A DNA stretch of 64,000 nucleotides from Candidatus Latescibacterota bacterium (lineage in GTDB: Bacteria > Latescibacterota > CBDEFO01), in NCBI GenBank assembly GCA_965248755.1, contig OZ252149.1, positions 512,001 to 576,000 of the forward strand, written 5' to 3'. Every line of letters begins with the position of its first letter. Within the stretch, counting starts at the first letter, position 1. Below are positions 10,700 to 21,194 of this stretch, in pieces. The notes beneath the pieces are model-generated. The model was given only the letters and a program-made list of their open reading frames with translations, was not told the DNA's origin and made no database searches. A program made the position numbers and the translations under genes.

Positions 10700-11068
10700 T
10701 TAGATGACCTCCGACGCCAAAGATATGATCCTCATATAGCGCTTCTCCCTGAGCTCTCTTGCAACAGGTCCAAATATTCTTGTTCCTCTCGGTTCCCCCT
10801 GACCGTCTATCAAAACAGCGGCGTTGTCGTCGAACCTTATATACGATCCGTCGTTCCTTCTTGTCTCTTTTCGGGTTCTAACCACCACAGCCCTCCCGAC
10901 TTCTCCACTTTTGACTGTCCCATCTGGTATGGCGTCCTTGACTACCACTACAACGACGTCTCCGACACGCGCATAGCGCTTTTTAGATCCACCCAATACC
11001 CTTATGCACATGGCTGTCCTTGCACCGGTGTTATCCGCAATCCTTAATCTTGTGTACTCACGTATCAT
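10700..11068 (-). CDS. rplN: 50S ribosomal protein L14
   Basis: [28 protein letters not shown]. Confidence 0.99.
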   Translation of the reverse strand: MIREYTRLRIADNTGARTAMCIRVLGGSKKRYARVGDVVVVVVKDAIPDGTVKSGEVGRAVVVRTRKETRRNDGSYIRFDDNAAVLIDGQGEPRGTRIFGPVARELREKRYMRIISLASEVI

Positions 11069-11095
11069 TCTTTAGGGCCCCGACAAAAAGACGCG

Positions 11096-11350
11096 CTATT
11101 TCGACTTTACGACAATATCTAGCAAGCGCCACCTTTTAGTCTTGCTCAAAGGTCGCGTTTCCATTACGCGTACAGTATCTCCAACTTTCGCTGAGTTTTC
11201 CTCATCGTGCACGTTCAGCTTTTTGCGACGTCTTATGACTTTCTCATAGACAGGATGCCTTATGGTCCTTTCTACCTCAACCATAATTGTCTTATCGGCT
11301 TTGTCGCCCAGTACTTTTCCTACTGCAGTTTTCCTGTGTCCTCGCTCCAA
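11096..11350 (-). CDS. rpsQ: 30S ribosomal protein S17
   Basis: [23 protein letters not shown]. Confidence 0.98.
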   Translation of the reverse strand: MERGHRKTAVGKVLGDKADKTIMVEVERTIRHPVYEKVIRRRKKLNVHDEENSAKVGDTVRVMETRPLSKTKRWRLLDIVVKSK

Positions 11351-11353
11351 ACT

Positions 11354-11602
11354 TTAGCCCTCCTCTCCCACGACAGGTTCAGATTGGGAGGATGAAGATG
11401 CAAATTTCCTTATTCCCAGCTTATGCTCGTGGATAATAGTCGTAAGCCTTGCCACATCGCGTCTGACCTGTCTAATCCTTAAGGGGTTGTCCAGCTGTTT
11501 CGTCACTAACTGAAACTTCAAATTGGTAAGCTCCTCCTGAGAGTCTTGGAGTTGTCTTTCTGCCTCATCCACGGTCATATCTCTGATTTGGGAAGCTTTC
11601 AT
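11354..11602 (-). CDS. rpmC: 50S ribosomal protein L29 (start revised to the ATG overlapping the rplP stop)
   Basis: MKASQIRDM...LDNP.RIRQVRRDVAR; TGATG overlap with rplP. Confidence 0.95.
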   Translation of the reverse strand: MKASQIRDMTVDEAERQLQDSQEELTNLKFQLVTKQLDNPLRIRQVRRDVARLTTIIHEHKLGIRKFASSSSQSEPVVGEEG

Positions 11603-12018
11603 CAGTCCCATTCACCTCTTTCGACGAACTTAGTCTTAATAGGAAGCTTGTGCCCGGCAAGTCTTACTGCTTCTTTGGCTAATTCTCTTTCCACTCCTTC
11701 GATCTCAAACATAATTCTTCCGGGCTTTACGACGGCCACCCAGTGTTCAGGCGATCCTTTGCCTTTTCCCATTCTTGTCTCAGCTGGCTTGACCGTCACA
11801 GGCTTATCGGGGAATATCCTTCTCCACACCTTGCCGCCCCTGCTCATATGCCTTGTTATGGCTACCCTTGCCGCCTCTATCTGGCGGTTGGTGATCCACC
11901 CCGGTTCTATGGCCTGGATCCCGTACTCTCCGAAGGAGATATTTACACCCCTTGACTCTTTACCCTTCATCCTGCCCCTTTGGTGCTTTCTCCATTTCAC
12001 TCTTTTAGGCATTAACAT
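11602..12018 (-). CDS. rplP: 50S ribosomal protein L16
   Basis: [27 protein letters not shown]. Confidence 0.99.
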   Translation of the reverse strand: MLMPKRVKWRKHQRGRMKGKESRGVNISFGEYGIQAIEPGWITNRQIEAARVAITRHMSRGGKVWRRIFPDKPVTVKPAETRMGKGKGSPEHWVAVVKPGRIMFEIEGVERELAKEAVRLAGHKLPIKTKFVERGEWD

Positions 12019-12082
12019 ATTTTAGTCCTCAAAGAATCACGAAGTGCCGAAGATCACTTCCAACAGAACTGATCTTAAAGAA

Positions 12083-12748
12083 TTAAGAAGCCCCGCTGCT
12101 TTCGGGAACTGGGGAGGGTTTTAAGATCTCACCGTGACATATCCATACCTTCACACCGGTGGTTCCCGATTTTGTAAATGCCGTGGATCTGGAGAAATCT
12201 ATATCTGCCCTCAGCGTGTGGAGAGGGACCCTTCCCTCCAATTCCTGTTCCCTACGCGCTATCTCTATGTTCCCCAAACGCCCAGCGCATTCGATCCTGA
12301 TCCCTTCGGCTCCCATACGCATAGCTGATAGAATAGCCCTTTTCATAGCCCTTTTCACAGACACCCTCTGTTCGAGCTGACGGGCTATGTTGTCTGCTAC
12401 CAACTTTGCGTCTAACTCAGGCGACTTTATCTCCTGAATGACTATATATATATCTTTATCTGTGATGTGCCTAAGCTCATCCCGGAGCTTGTCCACCTCA
12501 GCCCCTTTCCTGCCTATCACGATCCCCGGCCTTGCGGTGTGAATGTTTATTGTGACTCTTTTAGGTGCCCTTTCGATCTCGATAGTCGAAATCCCCGCCC
12601 TTTGAAGTCTGCTCTGTACGTACTTTCTGAGCATTATATCTTCCTCAAGAAGATCTCCAAAGTTCCCCTCTTCTGACGGAAACCATCTGGACTTCCAGTC
12701 CTTAACTATCCCGAGTCTTAATCCTATAGGATTTGTCTTTTGTCCCAA
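12083..12748 (-). CDS. rpsC: 30S ribosomal protein S3
   Basis: [36 protein letters not shown]. Confidence 0.99.
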   Translation of the reverse strand: MGQKTNPIGLRLGIVKDWKSRWFPSEEGNFGDLLEEDIMLRKYVQSRLQRAGISTIEIERAPKRVTINIHTARPGIVIGRKGAEVDKLRDELRHITDKDIYIVIQEIKSPELDAKLVADNIARQLEQRVSVKRAMKRAILSAMRMGAEGIRIECAGRLGNIEIARREQELEGRVPLHTLRADIDFSRSTAFTKSGTTGVKVWICHGEILKPSPVPESSGAS

Positions 12749-13067
12749 TGTGCATCTCCTTATAAAGCTAGTAGACAGGCCATCTCATCCCCTCCCCTAT
12801 GCCCGACCCCAATAGAGTTAATTGTGGGCTCAATCGGGGGTTACTTCGGTTTTCCCTCCTGGCAATGAAATGGCCAAAGGCAAGAGCAGGTCATAACTGT
12901 AGGTCTCACCAGCCAGCAGACTGTCAGTTTTAACCAAGGTCCAGAGCCTTCATCCCAGAGTGCAGCGATGGGTCTGCGAAGCAATCTCACTATAGACTGC
13001 GTTGGCCTGTATGTTATCTTCTTTTTTGGATTTCTATAATTTTGTCCAGACTATTTTGATCCGCTAC

Positions 13068-13418
13068 TTAATCATCAACCTTATCTGATATTACCACAGT
13101 AATATGACTAGATCTTTTCCTTATTCTTGTTGACATTCCTCTGGCCCTTGGGCGTATCCTTTTGAGCGTTACGCCTGCGTCCACGTATGCTTCTTTAATT
13201 ACAAGGTCTTCCAGATTCACGTCAACCTCCCTGTCGCTTTGCATGGCGTTTCCTATAGCACTCCTTATTACCTTCTCTATTAGTTTTGCTGCGCGTTTAG
13301 GTGAAAAGTGAAGGATGTTTAAAGCGTCCTCCACCCTTTCCCCGTGGACTAAGTCCATCACCCGTCTGACTTTTCTTGGTGATATGCGTATAAATCTTTC
13401 TTTGGCCTTTGCCTCCAT
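13068..13418 (-). CDS. rplV: 50S ribosomal protein L22
   Basis: RISPRKVR, RPRARG, KRSSHITV; start revised to ATG 13418 behind a GAGG ribosome-binding site. Confidence 0.97.
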   Translation of the reverse strand: MEAKAKERFIRISPRKVRRVMDLVHGERVEDALNILHFSPKRAAKLIEKVIRSAIGNAMQSDREVDVNLEDLVIKEAYVDAGVTLKRIRPRARGMSTRIRKRSSHITVVISDKVDD

Positions 13419-13521
13419 CTGATATACCCTCACCGCCTAAACTGCAGTAGAAGGAGGCGTTGCCTCTCGTCCTTGTGTGTCGTCTACTTGCAGTTGTCTT
13501 TCGCTTTTGTTGTCCACTTGT

Positions 13522-13809
13522 TTATTTGAGGGACGTGGACCTTTCGGTTATTCTCCCTGTATGTCCCCGGTAGGTCCTTGTGGGAGCAAATTCCCCCAAC
13601 TTATATCCAACCATACTCTCGGTTATATAAACAGGCATAAACTTATTACCATTGTACACTCCAAGGGTATGTCCCACAAAGTCAGGAGATATAGTGGATC
13701 TTCTGGACCACGTTTTGATAACTCTTTTTGCTCCTATCCTGTTCATTTCATCTATCTTCTTTTTCAGGCTGTCATCTATAAAGGGACCCTTCTTGACCGA
13801 TCTGGGCAT
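13522..13809 (-). CDS. rpsS: 30S ribosomal protein S19
   Basis: [26 protein letters not shown]. Confidence 0.99.
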   Translation of the reverse strand: MPRSVKKGPFIDDSLKKKIDEMNRIGAKRVIKTWSRRSTISPDFVGHTLGVYNGNKFMPVYITESMVGYKLGEFAPTRTYRGHTGRITERSTSLK

Positions 13810-13812
13810 AAT

Positions 13813-14637
13813 CTATTTCCTTCTCCTAACGATAAGATCATCTGACTTCTTGTTAGGTTTTCTTGTTTTATAACCCTTGGTAGGTTTACCCCACGGCGTC
13901 ATCGGAGGACGCCCTCCTTTGCTCTTACCTTCGCCTCCTCCTTGGGGATGATCTATGGGGTTCATGGCCGCACCCCTTACTTTGGGCCGCTTTCCGAGCC
14001 AGCGCGACCTTCCAGCCTTGCCAATGGTAATAATCTCGTGATCTACGTTGCCGACCTGTCCCACAGTTGCATAGCACGTTACATCCACCACCCTTATTTC
14101 TCCGGAAGGCAGCTTCAGGTGCGCCCATCTTCCCTCTTTAGCCATCAATTGAACCTGCGACCCTGCCCCCCTTGCTATCTGTCCTCCTTTGCCCCTTGCT
14201 AGTTCAATGTTGTGAAGTGCCATTCCCAGGGGGATGTTCTGTAGAGGTAGGGCGTTTCCCGGGCTTATTGGAGCGTCAGGGCCCGACATTATCCTATCTC
14301 CTACCTTCAAGTCTAAGGGGGCCAGGATATATCTTTTCTCTCCATCAGCATACGCTAAGAGGGCTATCCTTGCCGAGCGATTCGGATCGTATTCAATCGC
14401 CTGCACACAAGCAGGAACTCCGTCCTTATCCCTTTTGAAATCTATAATCCGATAGTGCCTTTTGTGGCCTCCTCCTCTCCTCCTCATAGTTATCTTGCCC
14501 CTGTTGTTCCTGCCTGCTGAACTCTTCAAGGGCGAACATAGCCGTCTTTCTGGATTAGTCTTTGTGATTTCCTCAAAGGAAGATACAGTTGCGAACCTCT
14601 GTGTCGGTGTTGTTGGCCTTAAAGTTCTGATTGCCAA
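13813..14637 (-). CDS. rplB: 50S ribosomal protein L2
   Basis: [33 protein letters not shown]; start revised to TTG 14637. Confidence 0.99.
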   Translation of the reverse strand: MAIRTLRPTTPTQRFATVSSFEEITKTNPERRLCSPLKSSAGRNNRGKITMRRRGGGHKRHYRIIDFKRDKDGVPACVQAIEYDPNRSARIALLAYADGEKRYILAPLDLKVGDRIMSGPDAPISPGNALPLQNIPLGMALHNIELARGKGGQIARGAGSQVQLMAKEGRWAHLKLPSGEIRVVDVTCYATVGQVGNVDHEIITIGKAGRSRWLGKRPKVRGAAMNPIDHPQGGGEGKSKGGRPPMTPWGKPTKGYKTRKPNKKSDDLIVRRRK

Positions 14638-14638
14638 T

Positions 14639-14932
14639 TTATACTCCTCCAAAAATTTCTATAGTATTTCCGCCTTGGAGCGTCACTACGGCCTTTTTCC
14701 AATTCGGTCTCCTGCCTTCGGCCTTCATCCCTAACCTCTTCAACTTCCCTCTCATAGACATAGTCCTAACTCTTGTCACTTTCACATCGAATATCTCTTC
14801 CACCGCCTGTTTGATCTGTAGCTTATTTGCTTTTTTGTCCACTTCGAACAGATATTTATTCTCTTCCGTCCTCAGAGCCGTCCCCTTCTCTGTTATCAGA
14901 GGGCGACGAATTACCCATCTCAGATCGTTCAT
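14639..14932 (-). CDS. rplW: 50S ribosomal protein L23
   Basis: [26 protein letters not shown]. Confidence 0.97.
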   Translation of the reverse strand: MNDLRWVIRRPLITEKGTALRTEENKYLFEVDKKANKLQIKQAVEEIFDVKVTRVRTMSMRGKLKRLGMKAEGRRPNWKKAVVTLQGGNTIEIFGGV

Positions 14933-15560
14933 CAGATAGGATCTCCCGTAGCTTTTCAAGTCCCTTTTGTGTAAATACTACTAAATCGGCCTGTAAGACA
15001 TCCCACGTGCAGAGGCTATCTGCCTGTTTTAGTTTCAAGCCCTGTATGTTCCTGCAGGACTTTACCAACTCAGAAGAGGCCATATCCTCTAAGAGGAGCA
15101 CCTTTTGACGCTCAGAAAGCCCCATAGCATTCAACAACCCTATCACTATCTTCGTCTTGGGCCCGGAAAGCACAATATCCTCTATGATCGAGATCTTGTC
15201 CTCCTGGACTTTCAGCGACAGGGCTGACTTGAGGGCCAGCCTCCTGACCTTCTTTGGTACTCTTTGTCTGTATGACCGTGGGCCAGGCCCGAAGATAGTC
15301 CCTCCGCCTACACGGATCGGAGACCTTGCGCTGCCTGTCCTTGCCCTTCCTGTGCCTTTCTGTCTGTAGAGCTTCTTGCCTGAAGCGGTTACTCTTGCCC
15401 TGTTCTTCGTGGAGGCTGTCCCCTGCCTTTGATTGGCAAGATAGGCTACCACAGACTGATAGATAGCTGGCTCTGAGGCCTTTATGTTAAAGATGCCATC
15501 TGAGACCTTGGCGGTTCCCGAAAGAGTCCCATCTTTAGTGTAAGTTTTTATTTCTGCCAT
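14856..15560 (-). CDS. rplD: 50S ribosomal protein L4 (C-terminus extends 77 nt into rplW)
   Basis: [27 protein letters not shown]. Confidence 0.97.
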   Translation of the reverse strand: MAEIKTYTKDGTLSGTAKVSDGIFNIKASEPAIYQSVVAYLANQRQGTASTKNRARVTASGKKLYRQKGTGRARTGSARSPIRVGGGTIFGPGPRSYRQRVPKKVRRLALKSALSLKVQEDKISIIEDIVLSGPKTKIVIGLLNAMGLSERQKVLLLEDMASSELVKSCRNIQGLKLKQADSLCTWDVLQADLVVFTQKGLEKLREILSDERSEMGNSSPSDNREGDGSEDGRE

Positions 15561-15579
15561 GTAGGATCTCCATCTAACT

Positions 15580-16197
15580 CTATTTCCTTATAGAGACATA
15601 ACTGTTTCTGGCCCCCGGCACAGCGCCAGAAAGAAAGAGCAGATTCGTCCCCTCATCCACCCCAATAACCTCTACATTCTTCACAGTCACCTTTTGGTTT
15701 CCCATTCTCCCGGGCATCCTTGTGCCTTTAAAAACTCTCGCCGGGAAGGAACTTCCGCCTACAGATCCTGGCGCCCTCCATCTGTCCGATTGACCGTGAG
15801 TTTTAGGACCTCCTTTGAATCCATGTCTCTTGACAACTCCTGCAAATCCTTTACCCTTGGAAGTCCCTGTCACCTTTACCTTATCTCCAGCCTTGAAGAT
15901 GTCCACCTTCAGTTCTCCTCCGACATCGTACTTATCCCCGTCCTCAATCGGGAACTCCTGAAGGACTCTCAAAGGATCAAGACGAGCTGCACGGAAGATG
16001 CCGTTCAAAGGCTTATTTACCTTCCTTTCAGGTATCTTCTCAAAACCCAGTTGTACAGCATCATATCCATCCCTTTTTGCATTCTTGACCTGAACCACAT
16101 AGCAGGGACCCGCCCGGACAACGGTTATGGGCACGAGGTTACCCTTTAAATCGAATATCTGAGTCATCCCGATCTTTTTTCCTATGATGCCGTTCAT
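15580..16197 (-). CDS. rplC: 50S ribosomal protein L3
   Basis: GKKIGMTQIF, SKGKGFAGVVKRHGF, GAVPG. Confidence 0.99.
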   Translation of the reverse strand: MNGIIGKKIGMTQIFDLKGNLVPITVVRAGPCYVVQVKNAKRDGYDAVQLGFEKIPERKVNKPLNGIFRAARLDPLRVLQEFPIEDGDKYDVGGELKVDIFKAGDKVKVTGTSKGKGFAGVVKRHGFKGGPKTHGQSDRWRAPGSVGGSSFPARVFKGTRMPGRMGNQKVTVKNVEVIGVDEGTNLLFLSGAVPGARNSYVSIRK

Positions 16198-16212
16198 TCA
16201 TCCTCCGTAATA

Positions 16213-16527
16213 TCAGTTGATCACCTTAATACCTATGTCCACACCTGCAGGAAGGTCCAGCTTCATCAAGGCATCCACAGTCTGAGGTGTGGAGTCGTAG
16301 ATGTCGATCAATCTTTTGTGCACCTTGATCTCAAACTGCTCGCGGGACTTTTTATCTATATGAGGACTCCTTAGTACGGTGTAAAGGGTCCTCTTTGTGG
16401 GAAGCGGAATGGGTCCCGCAAGCGTAGAACCGCTCCTTTTTACCGTCCTTGCTATCTCATCAGCCGAACGATCCAGGGTCACATGATCGTAAGCCTTCAG
16501 CCTTATCCGTATCTTCTGAGTTGGCAC
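16213..16527 (-). CDS. rpsJ: 30S ribosomal protein S10
   Basis: [31 protein letters not shown]. Confidence 0.99.
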   Translation of the reverse strand: MPTQKIRIRLKAYDHVTLDRSADEIARTVKRSGSTLAGPIPLPTKRTLYTVLRSPHIDKKSREQFEIKVHKRLIDIYDSTPQTVDALMKLDLPAGVDIGIKVIN

Positions 16528-16537
16528 TCGGATCTCC

Positions 16538-17731
16538 TTACTCTAAAACCTTTGTTACCACGCCTGCGCCTATGGTTCTCCCGCCCTCGCGGATAGCAAA
16601 CCTGAGTTCCTGCTCCATAGCGATGGGCTTCTCCTCCAGATCCACAGACATCGTGACGTCGTCTCCAGGCATGATCATCTCAACACCCTCAGGGAGCTGG
16701 ACAACTCCGGTCACGTCGGTTGTTCTGAAGTAGAACTGCGGGCGGTATCCGGAAAAGAAGGGCTTTTCCCTTCCACCTTCTTTTGCGTTCAATATGTACA
16801 CCGAAGCTTCGAAACTCGTGTGAGGTGTTATGCTTCCCGGATCCGCGATCACCATACCTCTTTCTAGTTCTTCCTTATCCACGCCCCTTAAAAGGAGACC
16901 GACGTTATCTCCGGCGATGCCTTGATCCAGAATCTTTCTGAACATCTCTACACCCGTCACTACCGATTTTCTCGTCTCCCTCAGCCCTACAATTTCCACC
17001 TCATCTTGAACATTAATCGTGCCTCTTTCTACCCTTCCTGTTCCGACAGTTCCCCTACCTGTGATGCTGAAGACATCCTCAACAGGCATCAAGAATGGTA
17101 GATCCACGTCCCTTTCTGGAACCGGGATATATTCATCCACAGCAGCCAACAGCTCGTCTATGCACTGTGTATTATCATCGTCCTCTTCCGCCTCCACGGC
17201 CAAAAGCGCAGAGCCTCTTATCACGGGGATATCGTCTCCTGGAAACTCGTACTCGCTCAAAAGTTCCCTTGTCTCCAGTTCCACCAGCTCTAAAAGGTCA
17301 GGATCATCGACCATATCTACCTTATTGAGGAACACTACGATATACGGCACGTTCACCTGGCGTGCCAGAAGGATATGCTCCCTTGTCTGAATCATGGGCC
17401 CATCTGCTGCTGATACGACCACGATAGCTCCGTCCATTTGAGCGGCACCGGTGATCATGTTCTTGATATAATCCCTGTGGCCAGGACAGTCAACGTGGGC
17501 GTAGTGCCTCTTTTCTGTCTGGTACTCCACGTGGGATATTGCGATAGTGATGCCTCTTTCCTTCTCCTCCGGAGCCTTGTCAATCTCTTCGAAGGGGGTG
17601 TAATCGGCAAGACCCTTTCTGTCCAAGACCTTCGTGATAGCAGCCGTTAAGGTCGTCTTTCCGTGGTCTATGTGGCCGATTGTGCCGATATTCAGATGGG
17701 GCTTTGTCCTTTCAAACTTTTCCTTTGCCAT
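16538..17731 (-). CDS. tuf: Elongation factor Tu
   Basis: [32 protein letters not shown]. Confidence 0.99.
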   Translation of the reverse strand: MAKEKFERTKPHLNIGTIGHIDHGKTTLTAAITKVLDRKGLADYTPFEEIDKAPEEKERGITIAISHVEYQTEKRHYAHVDCPGHRDYIKNMITGAAQMDGAIVVVSAADGPMIQTREHILLARQVNVPYIVVFLNKVDMVDDPDLLELVELETRELLSEYEFPGDDIPVIRGSALLAVEAEEDDDNTQCIDELLAAVDEYIPVPERDVDLPFLMPVEDVFSITGRGTVGTGRVERGTINVQDEVEIVGLRETRKSVVTGVEMFRKILDQGIAGDNVGLLLRGVDKEELERGMVIADPGSITPHTSFEASVYILNAKEGGREKPFFSGYRPQFYFRTTDVTGVVQLPEGVEMIMPGDDVTMSVDLEEKPIAMEQELRFAIREGGRTIGAGVVTKVLE

Positions 17732-17929
17732 CCTTAACCCTCCTTAAGGAAGTAGCCAATAGTCAGCAGACTGGGACACCAAGTCTCCTCCCTGCATGCT
17801 GTCTACCTGTCTTTGCCTTCGCTTAGCCTGCTTGCTGTCCACTGTTCTGTTTCCTTGTCCTTTATTGTTTTCAAACTTCTGTTCTAGTCCCCGACAGATT
17901 CCACGATTGAATCTATCGGGGATCGCGTA

Positions 17930-20017
17930 CTATACTGCTACACCGTGAACTGTGGCTATGATTTCCTCTGCTATATCTTTGGGAACTTCCTGATACTTTG
18001 AAAATTCCATAGAATAGATAGCCCGTCCCTGTGTGAGTGATCTGAGACTGGTGGCATAGCCAAACATCTCGGATAGCGGAACAACAGCGCTTATGATCTG
18101 AGCATCTTGTCTCGGTATTATACCTAGGATGTCGGCTCTCCTTGAATTTAAGTCCCCCAGGACCCCACCCAGGTACTGTTCAGGCACTACCACTTCCACA
18201 TCCATTACGGGCTCTAACAGATACGGATCTGCCCGTTTGACAGCATCTTTAAAAGCCATGCTCGCCGCTATCTTGAACGCCACCTCTGACGAATCCACCT
18301 CATGATAGGAGCCATCGCGCAGCGTAACCCTGATATCCTCCAGCGGGTACCCCGCAAGCACACCTCCTGTCATAGCCTCTTTGACGCCCTCTCTAACAGG
18401 CGGGATATATTCCTTAGGAATAGTACCCCCTCTGATTTTATTTTCGAATATCAAACCGCTTCCCGATTCGACTGGACCCACCTCAAGCTTTACGTGCCCG
18501 TATTGGCCTCTTCCACCCGACTGGCGGACGAATCTGCCCTCGCTTTTAACAGTTTCTTTTATAGATTCCTTATATGCAACTTGAGGTTTTCCTATGGTGG
18601 CTCCCACCTTGAACTCTCTTAGGAGGCGATCTACGATAATTTCTAATTGTAGCTCGCCCATCCCTCGGATGATGGTCTGTCCTGTTTCTTCATCTAACTC
18701 TACCTTCAGGGCCGGATCTTCAGCCGTAAACTTGGCCAGGGAAACCCCCATTTGATCCTGATCCGCCTTGGTCTTCGGTTCTATTGCCACAGACACAAGA
18801 GGCTCGGCAAATTGTATGGATTCCAATATGATAGGGTGATCCTCAGAGCACATGGTCTCGCCTGTGCTTGTGTTCTTAAGACCTACAGCTGCAACTATGT
18901 CCCCCACGTGAATCTCTTCTATGGCCTTTCTCTTATTGGCGTGCATCTGAAGCACCCGTCCGATCCTCTCCTTTTTCCCTGTATTGGCATTGAGTACCCA
19001 AGATCTTGCCTTCAAGAGGCCAGAGTAGACTCTAAAAAACGTCAGAGTACCCACATGTGGATCAGTTTGAACCTTGAAAGCCAGAGCAGAGAAAGGTTCT
19101 TCTTCAGATGGACCTCTGACCTCCTGCTGACCTGTAAAGGGATTAAGCCCCTTAACAGATGGTATATCCGAAGGCGAGGGAAGGTAGTCCAGCACGGCGT
19201 CTAGGAGCCTGTGCATTCCCTTGTTCCTTTTGGCCGAGCCGCATAAGACGGGAACAACCCGAATCTCTAAAGTGGCCTTTCTCAGGGCCTCTCTTATCTC
19301 TCTGGGGTTTATTTCGTCTCCATCAAGAAACTTTTCCAGAAGGTGATCGTCGCATTCTGCTACTGTCTCCATGAGCCTTGTGCGGTAGAAGAGCGCTTCA
19401 TCCATAAGATCAGAGGGGATCTCGTTTTCCGTATAGACAGCGTCCAGGTTCTCTTCATTGTAAGTTATGGCTTTCATCGTCACAAGGTCCAAAAGCCCCG
19501 TAAACATATCCCCTGCGCCTATCGGGATCTGAACCGGAACGAACTTTGCTCCCAACCTTTGGCTCATCATATCCGTAACTCTGAAGAAATCAGCTCCTGT
19601 CCGATCCATCTTATTCACAAAAGCGATCCTCGGAACGCTGTACTTATCTGCCTGGCGCCACACTGTCTCAGACTGCGGCTCAACGCCTCCAACGGCGCAG
19701 AATATCGCTATAGCTCCGTCCAGCACCCTAAGAGAACGCTCCACCTCAGTGGTAAAATCCACATGACCCGGAGTGTCAATAATATTTATCCTGTGTTCTC
19801 TCCATAAACACGTGATCGCAGCCGAAGTGATGGTTATACCGCGTTCTCTCTCCTGATCCATCCAATCCGTCACAGTCGTCCCCTCGTCCACCTCACCTAT
19901 GCGATGCGTCCGGCCCGTATAGAACAAAATCCGTTCGGTAGTCGTAGTTTTCCCCGCATCTATATGTGCCATTATGCCTATATTACGCGTATTATATAAA
20001 AAGCAATCTTTTGACAT
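17930..20017 (-). CDS. fusA: Elongation factor G
   Basis: [41 protein letters not shown]; str operon position. Confidence 0.99.
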   Translation of the reverse strand: MSKDCFLYNTRNIGIMAHIDAGKTTTTERILFYTGRTHRIGEVDEGTTVTDWMDQERERGITITSAAITCLWREHRINIIDTPGHVDFTTEVERSLRVLDGAIAIFCAVGGVEPQSETVWRQADKYSVPRIAFVNKMDRTGADFFRVTDMMSQRLGAKFVPVQIPIGAGDMFTGLLDLVTMKAITYNEENLDAVYTENEIPSDLMDEALFYRTRLMETVAECDDHLLEKFLDGDEINPREIREALRKATLEIRVVPVLCGSAKRNKGMHRLLDAVLDYLPSPSDIPSVKGLNPFTGQQEVRGPSEEEPFSALAFKVQTDPHVGTLTFFRVYSGLLKARSWVLNANTGKKERIGRVLQMHANKRKAIEEIHVGDIVAAVGLKNTSTGETMCSEDHPIILESIQFAEPLVSVAIEPKTKADQDQMGVSLAKFTAEDPALKVELDEETGQTIIRGMGELQLEIIVDRLLREFKVGATIGKPQVAYKESIKETVKSEGRFVRQSGGRGQYGHVKLEVGPVESGSGLIFENKIRGGTIPKEYIPPVREGVKEAMTGGVLAGYPLEDIRVTLRDGSYHEVDSSEVAFKIAASMAFKDAVKRADPYLLEPVMDVEVVVPEQYLGGVLGDLNSRRADILGIIPRQDAQIISAVVPLSEMFGYATSLRSLTQGRAIYSMEFSKYQEVPKDIAEEIIATVHGVAV

Positions 20018-20067
20018 AGTCTACATCTATCTCAAAGTGTTAAGTGTTCAAACTTGCTATATCGGAC

Positions 20068-20538
20068 CTACAATCTATAATGAGCAAATGCCCTGTTGGC
20101 TTCTGCCATTCTATGGATTTCTTCTCTCCTTCTCATTGACGCCCCTTCGCCTTTGGAAGCGCCCATAAGCTCAGCGGCTAACCGTTCTACCATAGTCTTT
20201 TCTGGGCGCTCCTTAGCGTACGTGATCAGCCATCTTATCGAAAGGGCTGTTTTCCTGTCGGGTGAGAGCTCCGTAGGAATCTGATATGTTTGTCCTCCCA
20301 CCCTTCGGGATCTTACTTCTATTGCAGGCTTGACGTTCTCCACGGCCTTTTGAAAGACCTCTAATCCATTTTGATCTGTTTCCCGTTCGATAATATCCAA
20401 AGCACTGTACAGAATTCTTTCTGCTCGGCTCCTCTTGCCTTTCCGCAAAATACAATTGACAAAACGCGTCACCAAGACACTGCCCCACTTGGGGTCAGGT
20501 GAGAGTTCTTTTTTTTCGGGTCTTCTCCTTCTCGACAT
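20068..20538 (-). CDS. rpsG: 30S ribosomal protein S7 (start revised to ATG 20538)
   Basis: MSRRRR, SRRVGG.TYQIP, HRMAEANRAFAHYR. Confidence 0.98.
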   Translation of the reverse strand: MSRRRRPEKKELSPDPKWGSVLVTRFVNCILRKGKRSRAERILYSALDIIERETDQNGLEVFQKAVENVKPAIEVRSRRVGGQTYQIPTELSPDRKTALSIRWLITYAKERPEKTMVERLAAELMGASKGEGASMRRREEIHRMAEANRAFAHYRL

Positions 20539-20649
20539 CAGATTCTCCTTGTGAGGTTGCTTGACTTTGCTGGCAATATGGTGTGGCACATTGCGCAACA
20601 AGGACAAGCATCCAATAGACAGGAACGCTCGAAGGCAGCACTCTTAAGT

Positions 20650-21021
20650 TCAGCTGGGCTTCTTTGTGCCATATTTGGATCTCGCCTGCTTCCTGTCAGT
20701 AACGCCCATAGTATCCAGAACACCACGTACTATGTGATACCTCACACCCGCAAGATCCTTAACGTGTCCGCCTCTTATAAGAACAATAGAGTGTTCCTGA
20801 AGATTATGACCTTCGCCTGGTATATAAGCTGTCACCTCGATACCGTTAGTCAACCGCACCCTTGCTGTCTTCCTAAGTGCAGAGTTCGGTTTTCTAGGAG
20901 TTGACACCCTTACCTGAACGCACACACCTCTTTTTTGAGGCGATCCACCAAGTGCTGGTGTGGACGTCTTGTTGGAGGCCTTCTTGCGGCCCTTTCTGAT
21001 CAATTGATTTATAGTGGGCAA
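20650..21021 (-). CDS. rpsL: 30S ribosomal protein S12
   Basis: [29 protein letters not shown]. Confidence 0.99.
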   Translation of the reverse strand: MPTINQLIRKGRKKASNKTSTPALGGSPQKRGVCVQVRVSTPRKPNSALRKTARVRLTNGIEVTAYIPGEGHNLQEHSIVLIRGGHVKDLAGVRYHIVRGVLDTMGVTDRKQARSKYGTKKPS

Positions 21022-21194
21022 ACCTAACTCCCTTCTTAAAGACAGTAGGTAGTAGACAGGGCACCGCTTCCCTTCCCCATTTACGGTCTCCTGTCTTTAT
21101 GTTGCTTGCCGATTACTATCGGGTACAGAGAAGGGAGGTTGCCTGTATGCTGTCTATTGTTTGCTATCTACTTGTTTATGCTATCCACTTATTT

